64,000 bases of DNA from Macrostomum lignano (taxonomy: Eukaryota). Position numbers and translations under genes: made by a program. The stretch spans positions 1 to 64,000 of the forward strand of contig NIVC01001634.1 of the NCBI GenBank assembly GCA_002269645.1, read 5' to 3'. Below the pieces are notes generated by a model. That model was not told the DNA's origin and did no database searches. It was given only the letters and a program-made list of their open reading frames with translations. This document shows positions 10,310 to 33,500 of the stretch, one piece after another (the stretch's first letter is position 1; each line of letters opens with the position of its first letter).

Positions 10310-10700
10310 TGTGAGGGAGAGGAAAGGGTGAGGGAGAGGATGAGAGAGGAAGAGAGAAAAAGAGGAGAGTGAGAGAGAGAATAAGAGGGTGAGGGAGAGA
10401 AGGAGAGGGTGAGCGAGGGAGATAGAGAGAGAGTGAGAGAGAAAAGAGAGGGAGGGAGAGAAGAGAGTGAGGGAAAATAGAGTGAGGGAGAGAAGAGAGT
10501 GAGGGAGAGAAGAGAGTGAGGGCGAGAAGAGAGTGAGGAGAGAAGAGAGTGAGGGAGAGAAGACAGTGAGGGAGAGAAGAGAGTGAGGGAGAGAAGAGAG
10601 TGAGGGAGAGAAGAGAGTGATGGAGAGAAGACAGTGAGGGAGAGGAGAGAGTGAGGGAGAGAAGAGAGTGAGGGAAACAAGTTGGGAGTGAGGGGATGTG
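10310..10700. repeat. AG-rich low-complexity/minisatellite (GAGAGTGAGGGAGAGAA-type)
   Basis: Purine-rich tandem units. Confidence 0.9.
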
Positions 10701-11309
10701 TTGAGGAAGATTGGGCAAGCGCAGTTAAAATTACCATATAGCAATCCATCAAGGTATTATTCTGGGTTGACAATGTAAACTCATACATTAATTTCATATG
10801 AGACACTATTACATGTACAAATACCCAATGTATAGAATATCCTGCAGAACAAATTAATTATAGTAATTCTATTATTCAATCATCTCGGTCTATTTGTCTC
10901 TCTATGGATCATCCAATACCTGAGTCAATACAATAGTTAAATAGATGGCCCTAGTGCCTGGCACTCTCGCCCACCAATCATCGGGCACAGATGGAGCCCA
11001 TCTCTCACCTGCCACAAAGCTGTCTACGGGAGATAGGATAGGACAATGGAAGGAGTGCAATGAAGGAGGGGCATCGTAAAACTAAAACTACACCTATAGC
11101 CGTGTGTCAGCACTCAGAGCGACTGAGTGACAGTTAGGGATCAAAATTAAACTGATAGTGTATAAAACTGCTGCCTTTGGTCTGAGCTGGTGAGCCTCCA
11201 GCCTCCCCCTTCATCAGGGCTCTGTCCGTCACTTGCCTCCAATTCATGAGTGTCTTTTCTGCCATTAGGAAAACTATTTTTTTAACAGGTGGAACTGTGA
11301 TAAGCATAT

Positions 11310-20777
<9,468 letters not shown>

Positions 20778-20799
20778 GTAAGGGCCAAGCTTTACTATG

Positions 20800-21915
<1,116 letters not shown>

Positions 21916-21974
21916 AGTAGAGGAACACGGCAGACAATTAAGAGATAAGAGAAGAGATAGAGGGTTAGAGAATG

Positions 21975-22465
21975 GGAGATGAGGCAGAGATGAGGCAGAG
22001 ATGAGACAGAGATGAGGCAGAGATGAGACAGAGATGAGGCAGAGATGAGACAGAGATGAGGCAGAGATGAGGCAGAGATGAGGCAGAGATGAGACAGAGA
22101 TGAGGCAGAGATGAGGCAGAGATGAGGCAGAGATGAGACAGAGATGAGGCAGAGATGAGACAGAGATGAGGCAGAGATGAGACAGAGATGAGGCAGAGGT
22201 GGGGCAGAGATGAGGCAGAGATGAGACAGAGATGAGGCAGAGATGAGGCAGAGATGAGGCAGAGGTGAGGCAGAGATGAGGCAGAGATGAGACAGAGATG
22301 AGGCAGAGATGAGGCAGAGGTGAGGCAGAGATGAGGCAGAGATGAGGCAGAGGTGAGGCAGAGATGAGGCAGATATGAGGCAGAGATGAGGCAGAGGTGA
22401 GGCAGATATGAGGCAGAGATGAGGCAGAGATGAGGCAGAGATGAGGCAGATATGAGGCAGAGATG
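21975..22465. repeat. 11-bp minisatellite (GATGAGGCAGA)n
   Basis: Direct observation. Confidence 0.95.
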
Positions 22466-22848
22466 TAAAGGGCAGGAGACACGGAGGCCCTCCAGTGGGG
22501 CGAAGAGGCTGTAAGAAAACGCTACTCTCCAGTGTTCTGCCCGCATTCTCGCACAACAGCAATTCAAATTGGCATCCTTCACTGGGCCTTTTTTCATCTC
22601 CAATCGATGCGGGTCCGGTGCCAATCAATTCGATTCAAGTGCTGGCTGGCGCTTGGATTAAAAGTACAGCCACCGAAGGAGTGAGGGGTCTCAGCTGTTG
22701 TATGTAAAAGAAATGCCAGCTACTTTGAACTGGTTAAACTAAAACATTTTCGATTGTGATGCCCTGGGACAAGCATTGATCTGGAGCTACATAGTGTATA
22801 CGCTTGAGTATGGGTGCTCAGGCCATGGGATTTGGGTCGATGAAATTG

Positions 22849-24523
<1,675 letters not shown>

Positions 24524-24757
24524 GGCAGGAGGCTCGCGCTACTGGAAGAAAAGTTTCGATAGCAGGGAGATAGGAGAGAGACAGGCTATCTGAGCCGTCA
24601 CAAGTCAAGGAGGATCGCATTGGTCCGCAGATCCCCAGCATCCCATTGGCCGGCACAGCCAACAAAAGGGATGAGGAGAGGTCGCGGAGAGGCGGCTCGG
24701 ACCAGTTTCGGAGAAAAAAGTTTATTCTGCTTAAAAACGAAATTCAATTTTCAAGGG

Positions 24758-26199
24758 ATGGCGCCTAGCAACTCTTCAGCAGCCCATCCACCTCTGATGG
24801 CTCCCGGCTCCCAGGACGCCATCAGTGTGCAGGTGTTGCTGGACCTGCTGACTCTCAACGAGACACCGGACGCATCCGTCATCGAGGCGATCTTCTACAA
24901 GCACCAGGCGGGCCACAAGCTGTCCAGCCCCTTCTACATCGGCCTGTGCGTTGCCTTCGGCGCCCTGCTGGTCACCGCCCTCATCGGCAACCTGCTCGTT
25001 CTCTACTCAATCATCTCCTGCTGGACTCAGCGGAAAACGCATCGTTGCCTCTACCTGAACCTCATCACCTGCGACCTGCTAGTAGCCACCGTCATCATCC
25101 CGGCTACCTGCTTCGACCAGCTGGACAGTCGATGGCTGTTCGGCGGCTCCGTGACCTGCGGCATCCGCCAAGGCCTGAGCGTCTGCCTGATGTTCAGCAG
25201 TGTGCATACGGCCACTGTGCTCAGCTGGCTGAGAAGTCTAGCGGCCAAACGGGCATATCGACCGCCGAAGGGTCGCACTGAGGGCCTCCTGGTGGCCGCC
25301 ATCTGGTTGGTGGCCGTGGCCCTGTCCTGTCCAGCTGCTGTAGTGTCCGAGGCCCACCAGCTGCTGCACGTTGTCAACGAGGTGATGAAGAACCAGCTGG
25401 ACAGGCCCGTGAACTGGCCAGTGTGCATCGAGAACTGGGACCGGCTGGGCCAGAAGCCCAAGTTCTGGTACGGCTTCGCCATCCTGCACCTGGCCTGCGT
25501 GCTGCCTCTGCTCAGCCTGGGTGTCGCCTACTTCAGGATCTGCCGCGCCATCTACCGGAGCAACCGGGTGCTGAATGCGCACAAGAGGTGCCAGGGAGTG
25601 CTGTCCGTCACCTACCACCATCACCAGAACACGCCGGACAATACTGTGCTGAGCATGAGGCCCAACTTCTCGCTGGCGTCCACCTGCAGCGCAATCAACC
25701 GCAGGAAGAGGGCCACCAACTCAAGGAGGATGTTCCTGCTCGGCCTGGGACTGGTGCTGATCTTTGCCGTCACCTGGCTGCCGCTGCAGGTGAGGGCTGA
25801 CCGACCGACTGACTGACTGACTGACTGACTGACTGACTGACTGACTGACTGACTGACTGACTGACTGACTGACTGACTGACTGACTGACTGACTGACTGA
25901 CTGACTGACTGACTGACTGACTGACTGACTGACTGACTGACTGACTGACTGACTGACTGACTGACTGACTGACTGACTGACTGACTGACTGACTGACTGA
26001 CTGACTGACTGACTGACTGACTGACTGACTGACTGACTGACTGACTGACTGACTGACTGACTGACTGACTGACTGACTGACTTGAGTGAGTGGGTAACTG
26101 ACTGACTGACTGACTGACTGACTGACTGACTGACTGACTGACTTGAGTGAGTGGGTAACTGACTGACTGACTGACTGACAGACACACAGACGGACAGAA

Positions 26200-26252
<53 letters not shown>

Positions 26253-26605
26253 CCCCGTCCCCACCGCAGCTGACCCAGCTGGTCCGGGCCTACTGGTCGG
26301 CCTACAAGAACAAACAAGAGTCGGACGCCAGCCCCGACTTCCACCGCCTGCTCACCCTGTTCCACCTGCTGGCTCTCACCAACTGCCTGGTGAACCCGTT
26401 CTACCTGCTGGCCACTCACGCCTGGTACCGGAAGCGCAGCCGGCGCCTCCTTCAAAGACTTCGCTGTCGATTTGGTCAGCCCTGCTGCCACGTGTCCTGG
26501 AACTGCAACGTGCGGCTTGGGCTCCGCGTGATCGCTGTGAGGAGAACCTCGCCGTCAGGGAGTGGCAACGGGAGCGGCGGAGCTGCCGTAGGCGCCAATG
26601 TCTAA
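24758..26605 (+). CDS. Class A (rhodopsin-like) GPCR, neuropeptide-receptor-like, 455 aa, two exons
   Basis: Exons 24758-25789 and 26270-26605 (phase 0). Seven hydrophobic segments; GNLLV (TM1), NLITCDLL (TM2), WLFGG..C (ECL1/TM3), IWLVAVALSCP (TM4), PVCIENW (ECL2), TWLPLQ (TM6), NCLVNPFY (TM7). Confidence 0.88.
25800..26252. repeat. (GACT)n/(GACA)n microsatellite filling the GPCR intron
   Basis: Direct observation. Confidence 0.98.
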
Positions 26606-26840
26606 CAGCTTAGCGCCAGTGTCTAACAGTATAGCGCCAGTGTCTAACAGATTAGCGCCAGTGTCTAACAGTTTAGCGCCAGTGTCTAACAGTTTAGCGC
26701 CAGTGTCCAACAGTTTAGCGCCAGTGTCTAACAGATTAGCGCCAGTGTCTAACAGTTTAGCGCCAGTGTCTAACAGTTTAGCGCCAGTGTCTAACAGATT
26801 AGCGCGCCAGTGTCTAACAGTTTAGCGCCTGTGTCTAACA
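26594..26840. repeat. 21-bp minisatellite (GCCAGTGTCTAACAGTTTAGC)n beginning at the GPCR stop codon
   Basis: Tandem units; the first unit (GCCAATGTCTAACAG) contains the GPCR TAA. Confidence 0.93.
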
Positions 26841-27443
26841 AGCAGTTTGACTCTTGCGTTGGAGCCTTATCTAGCATCAGCGGAACCCGTTTAATCCTAC
26901 GTGTTTATAACAAAGACCGTAGCATTATCCCAAGACAAAAAATCGATTTTTCAACTCGTATAAACCACGTTTGTTGTCAGGTGGATTTGATATTTTCGCT
27001 GGCTGGTAAAATTACGATTCATTAAATTAATTATTTTCTGGAATCTCAACTTTAGATGTGGAATTTAGTGAAAACTCTTTGTTAAAATGCGATTATTGCT
27101 TTTTAAAATCTGTTCTGCTGCGATGGTGGTACAGATGACTTATTTCATTTGAATAAAACTGCAAATTCGTTGTAAAAGTATTGTGACCCAGTTAAAAGCC
27201 TGTTCTCAGATGAGTTGCCTTCTTTACCTACTCTTCACCCTACCCTGTCCATTCTACTCTCTCCTCTCTATTGTCCCCCTTCTACTCTTTGCCCTAACTT
27301 CTCTACTCTACACTTCATTCTTTATTTTACTATCTCCCCCTCTTTCGCTCTACTCCACTTTTACGAGCCACATCCTCCACTTCAAGGGCTGTTGCCTTCC
27401 CCAGTGCTGAAAGCATTCAGTTCACGTTTGGAACAATAAACTC

Positions 27444-27445
<2 letters not shown>

Positions 27446-27526
<81 letters not shown>
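27446..27526. repeat. (GACA)n microsatellite, left flank of the inverted-repeat element
   Basis: Direct observation. Confidence 0.97.
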
Positions 27527-27534
27527 CTCTTACG

Positions 27535-30500
27535 ACTGTCTGTGTGTTTAGCGGGACCTGAGTTATGTTAATGCGTTACGTGGACCACGCAATTCCGGTT
27601 AAAAAAAGAGTCTGTTTTGACAACGCGAAAGGCTAGCTAGGGTTATCTTTTTGTTAACTTGACGGAATAGCCAGTTCGGGGAAACTGTGGTGGTTCACTA
27701 ACTACGTTTTGGGGACCGGGTTAGGTGGACCGCAAAAAAACAGTTGGTTTAGTTAGACCTCTTTCGTTGTAGAAAATTTATTGCTTTAAACTGTTCTTTT
27801 GAACTAATTAAAACAGAAATTCTCAAAAAGAACAGATAAAAGGGTTACGACGTCATTTAATGAAAATATCCCAAGTTCAAACCAATTTATTTAGCATTAC
27901 TAATCGGGTTAATCGGGTTAAACAAATGTACGATCGCATTAGTTAGTTGCGTCGCGTGAATACAAGAAGGTGAATGAAAATAAAGCATTTTGAAAATAAA
28001 TACAGAATCATATCAAATACTAACTGTAAACTCATTAAAACTAATTTAGGTCAAAATGTATGCTTCAAATACATGTTAACAAACGTAAGATTCCATTAGT
28101 TAAAAAGGTCATCCGAGTACGAGCCTACAAGAAGTTGAAGGGCATTTTTAATAACGACAAAAGTTACTAAAACTGAAATTAAATTGATTTGACTACATCA
28201 GTCCTATTATACTGAATGAGTTGGTGAGCAATCATATGATAAGCCAATCATTTTACCGACTTTCATCTTTTCGTTCACGCAGATGATGGCTTAATCTTCT
28301 TATTTTTTCTACGAAATATTCTCCTGGACCTTCCCTGCCTCCGTGGTCCGGGACCGCTTCTGTTATTGATCTGTCATTGCCTCTCTCACGAATTTCAGCT
28401 TACTCAGCCATCGAATCCACTTTCGTCAGCTCAGCTTCTTTTACAGTTCGTTTTAACCTTCATCTCGGTGAAACGCAGTCAGTCTCGTCGAGCTCAGGCG
28501 AACAAAATCAACCACAGGCTCCTACAAAGGTAGAAAATAAAATTAACTGACAATCAAACAGACACAGAAATCTGTTCCAGTTGTGTCTGTAGGTTATGTG
28601 GACCACCTCAGATCCAGAGCCTCAAACAGACAGAGAAATCTGTTCGAGTTGTGTCTGTGGGGGAGGTGAACCACCTTCTGAGAGCCTAAGCCTCAAACAG
28701 ACTTAGAGAGCTGCTTCAGTTGTGTCTATAGGTTATGTGGACCACCTAAGAGCCAGAGCCTCAAACAGACAGAGAAATCTGTTCGAGTTGTGTCTGTAGG
28801 TTAGGTGGACCAGCTACTGAGAGCCAAAGCCTCAAACAGACTGAGAGAGCTGCTTCAGTTGTGTCTGTAGGTTATGTGGACCACCTAAGAGCCAGAGCCT
28901 CAAACAGACAGAGAAATCTGTTCGAGTTGTGTCTGTAGGTTAGGTGGACCAGCTACTCCAAAGCACTTCTAGGCGATAGTCTGAGCCAGGAATCTCCGAG
29001 AGCCTCTCGTTACACATCCAGATGTTCTACCTTGATGCTGGACTAGCTCACTTTCTAGGAATCTGTTCTGATTGCATTCTAACAAACTGAAGCATTCTCG
29101 GCACTAAACTTTCTCGGCGGCTCTGAGAGCCAGAGCCTCAAACAGACAGAGAAATCTGTTCGAGTTGTGTCTGTAGGTTAGGTGGACCAGCTACTCCACA
29201 GCACTTCTAGGCGATAATCTGAGCCAGGAATCTCCGAGAGCCTCTCGTTACACATCCAGATGTTCTGCCTTGATGCTGGACTAGCTCACTTTCTAGCAAT
29301 ATGTTCTGATTGCATTCTAACAAACTGAAGCATTCTCGGCACTAAACTTTCTCGGCGGCTCTGAGATCCAGAGCCTCAAACAGACAGAGAAATCTGTTCG
29401 AGTTGTGTCTGTAGGTTAGGTGGACCAGCTACTCCAAAGCACTTCTAGGCGATAATCTGAGCCAGGAATCTCCGAGAGCCTCTCGTTACACATCCAGATG
29501 TTCTACCTTGATGCTGGACTAGCTCACTTTCTAGGAATCTGTTCTGATTGCATTCTAACAAACTGAAGCATTCTCGGCACTAAACTTTCTCGGCGGCTCT
29601 GAGAGCCAGAGCCTAAACAGACAGAGAAATCTGTTCGAGTTGTGTCTGTAGGTTAGGTGGACCACCTTCTGAGAGCCAAAGCCTCAAACAGACTGAGAGA
29701 GCTGCTTCAGTTGTGTCTGTAGGTTATGAGGACCACCTAAGAGCCAGAGCCTCAAACAGACAGAGAAATCTGTTCGAGTTGTGTCTGTAGGTTAGGTGGA
29801 CCAGCTACTCCACAGCACTTCTAGGCGATAATCTGAGCCAGGAGTCTCCGAGAGACTTTCGTTACACATCCAGATGTTCTGCCTTGATGCTGGACTAGCT
29901 CACTTTCTAGGAATCTGTTCTGATTGCATTCTAACAAACTGAAGCATTCTCGGCACTAAACTTTCTCGGCGGCTCTGAGAGCCAGAGCCTCAAACAGACA
30001 GAGAAATCTGTTCGAGTTGTGTCTGTAGGTTAGGTGGACCAGCTACTCCACAGCACTTCTAGGCGATAATCTGAGCCAGGAGTCTCCGAGAGACTTTCGT
30101 TACACATCCAGATGTTCTGCCTTGATGCTGGACTAGCTCACTTTCTAGGAATCTGTTCTGATTGCATTCTAACAAACTGAAGCATTTTATGCACTAAACT
30201 TTCTCGGCGGCTCTAAGAGCCAGAGCCTAAACAGACAGAGAAATCTGTTCGAGTTGTGTCTGTAGGTTAGGTGGACCACCTTCTGAGAGCCAAAGCCTCA
30301 AACAGACTGAGAGAGCTGCTTCAGTTGTGTCTGTAGGTTATGAGGACCACCTAAGAGCCAGAGCCTCAAACAGACAGAGAAATCTGTTCGAGTTGTGTCT
30401 GTAGGTTAGGTGGACCAGCTACTCCACAGCACTTCTAGGCGATAATCTGAGCCAGGAGTCTCCGAGAGACTTTCGTTACACATCCAGATGTTCTGCCTTG

Positions 30501-33500
30501 ATGCTGGACTAGCTCACTTTCTAGGAATCTGTTCTGATTGCATTCTAACAAACTGAAGCATTCTCGGCACTAAACTTTCTCGGCGGCTCTGAGAGCCAGA
30601 GCCTCAAACAGACAGAGAAATCTGTTCGAGTTGTGTCTGTAGGTTAGGTGGACCAGCTATTCTACAGCACTTCTAGGCGATATTCTGAGCCAGGAATCTC
30701 CGAGAGCCTCTCGTTACAAATCCAGATGTTCTGCCTTGATGCTGGACTAGCTCACTTTCTAGGAATCTGTTCTGATTGCATTCTAACAAACTGAAGCATT
30801 CTCGGCACTAAACTTTCTCGGCGGCTCTGAGAGCCAGAGCCTCAAACAGACAGAGAAATCTGTTCGAGTTGTGTCTGTAGGTTAGGTGGACCAGCTATTC
30901 TACAGCACTTCTAGGCGATAATCTGAGCCAGGAGTCTCCGAGAGACTTTCGTTACACATCCAGATGTTCTGCCTTGATGCTGGACTAGCTCACTTTCTAG
31001 GAATCTGTTCTGATTGCATTCTAACAAACTGAAGCATTTTATGCACTAAACTTTCTCGGCGGCTCTAAGAGCCAGAGCCTAAACAGACAGAGAAATCTGT
31101 TCGAGTTGTGTCTGTAGGTTAGGTGGACCACCTTCTGAGAGCCAAAGCCTCAAACAGACTGAGAGAGCTGCTTCAGTTGTGTCTGTAGGTTATGAGGACC
31201 ACCTAAGAGCCAGAGCCTCAAACAGACAGAGAAATCTGTTCGAGTTGTGTCTGTAGGTTAGGTGGACCAGCTACTCCACAGCACTTCTAGGCGATAATCT
31301 GAGCCAGGAATCTCCGAGAGCCTCTCGTTACACATCCAGATGTTCTACCTTGATGCTGGACTAGCTCACTTTCTAGGAATCTGTTCTGATTGCATTCTAA
31401 CAAACTGAAGCATTCTCGGCACTAAACTTTCTCGGCGGCTCTGAGAGCCAGAGCCTCAAACAGACAGAGAAATCTGTTCGAGTTGTGTCTGTAGGTTAGG
31501 TGGACCAGCTATTCTACAGCACTTCTAGGCGATATTCTGAGCCAGGAATCTCCGAGAGCCTCTCGTTACAAATCCAGATGTTCTGCCTTGATGCTGGACT
31601 AGCTCACTTTCTAGGAATCTGTTCTGATTGCATTCTAACAAACTGAAGCATTCTCGGCACTAAACTTTCTCGGCGGCTCTGAGAGCCAGAGCCTCAAACA
31701 GACAGAGAAATCTGTTCGAGTTGTGTCTGTAGGTTAGGTGGACCAGCTATTCTACAGCACTTCTAGGCGATAATCTGAGCCAGGAGTCTCCGAGAGACTT
31801 TCGTTACACATCCAGATGTTCTGCCTTGATGCTGGACTAGCTCACTTTCTAGGAATCTGTTCTGATTGCATTCTAACAAACTGAAGCATTCTCGGCACTA
31901 AACTTTCTCGGCGGCTCTGAGAGCCAGAGCCTAAACAGACAGAGAAATCTGTTCGAGTTGTGTCTGTAGGTTAGGTGGACCAGATACTCCACAGCACTTC
32001 TAGGCGATAATCTTAGCCAGGAGTCTCCGAGAGACTTTCGTTACACATCCAGATGTTCTGCCTTGATGCTGGACTAGCTCACTTTCTAGGAATCTGTTCT
32101 GATTGCATTCTAACAAACTGAAGCATTTTATGCACTAAACTTTCTCGGCGGCTCTAAGAGCCAGAGCCTAAACAGACAGAGAAATCTGTTCGAGTTGTGT
32201 CTGTAGGTTAGGTGGACCACCTTCTGAGAGCCAAAGCCTCAAACAGACTGAGAGAGCTGCTTCAGTTGTGTCTGTAGGTTATGAGGACCACCTAAGAGCC
32301 AGAGCCTCAAACAGACAGAGAAATCTGTTCGAGTTGTGTCTGTAGGTTAGGTGGACCAGCTACTCCACAGCACTTCTAGGCGATAATCTGAGCCAGGAAT
32401 CTCCGAGAGCCTCTCGTTACACATCCAGATGTTCTGCCTTGATGCTGGACTAGCTCACTTTCTAGGAATCTGTTCTGATTGCATTCTAACAAACTGAAGC
32501 ATTCTCGGCACTAAACTTTCTCGGCGGCTCTGAGAGCCAGAGCCTCAAACAGACAGAGAAATCTGTTCGAGTTGTGTCTGTAGGTTAGGTGGACCAGCTA
32601 CTGAGAGCCAAAGCCTTAAACAGACTGAGAGAGCTGCTTCAGTTGTGTCTGTAGGTTATGTGGACCACCTAAGAGCCAGAGCCTCAAACAGACAGAGAAA
32701 TCTGTTCGAGTTGTGTCTGTAGGTTAGGTGGACCAGCTACTCCACAGCACTTCTAGGCGATAATCTGAGCCAGGAATCTCCGAGAGCCTCTCGTTACACA
32801 TCCAGATGTTCTGCCTTGATGCTGGACTAGCTCACTTTCTAGGAATCTGTTCTGATTGCATTCTAACAAACTGAAGCATTCTCGGCACTAAACTTTCTCG
32901 GCGGCTCTGAGAGCCAGAGCCTCAAACAGACAGAGAAATCTGTTCGAGTTGTGTCTGTAGGTTAGGTGGACCAGCTACTGAGAGCCAAAGCCTTAAACAG
33001 ACTGAGAGAGCTGCTTCAGTTGTGTCTGTAGGTTATGTGGACCACCTAAGAGCCAGAGCCCTAAACAGACAGAGAAATCTGTTCGAGTTGTGTCTGTAGG
33101 TTAGTTGGACCAGCTACTCCACAGCACTTCTAGGCGATAATCTGAGCCAGGAATCTCCGAGAGCCTCTCGTTACACATCCAGATGTTCTACCTCGATGCT
33201 GGACTAGCTCACTTTCTAGGAATATGTTCTGATTGCATTCTAACAAACTGAAGCATTCTCGGCACTAAACATTCTCGGCGGCTCTGAGATCCAGAGCCTC
33301 AAACAGACAGAAATCTGTTCGAGTTGTGTCTGTAGGTTAGGTGGACCAGCTACTCCACAGCACTTCTAGGCGATAATCTGAGCCAGGAGTCTCCGAGAGA
33401 CTTTCGTTACACATCCAGATGTTCTGCCTTGATGCTGGACTAGCTCACTTTCTAGGAATATGTTCTGATTGCATTCTAACAAACTGAAGCATTCTCGGCA

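Noticed and set aside
28295-28360. Chromodomain-like GEYFVEKI on the minus strand
   Set aside because: The following residues lack chromodomain aromatic/W motifs and the frame stops soon after.
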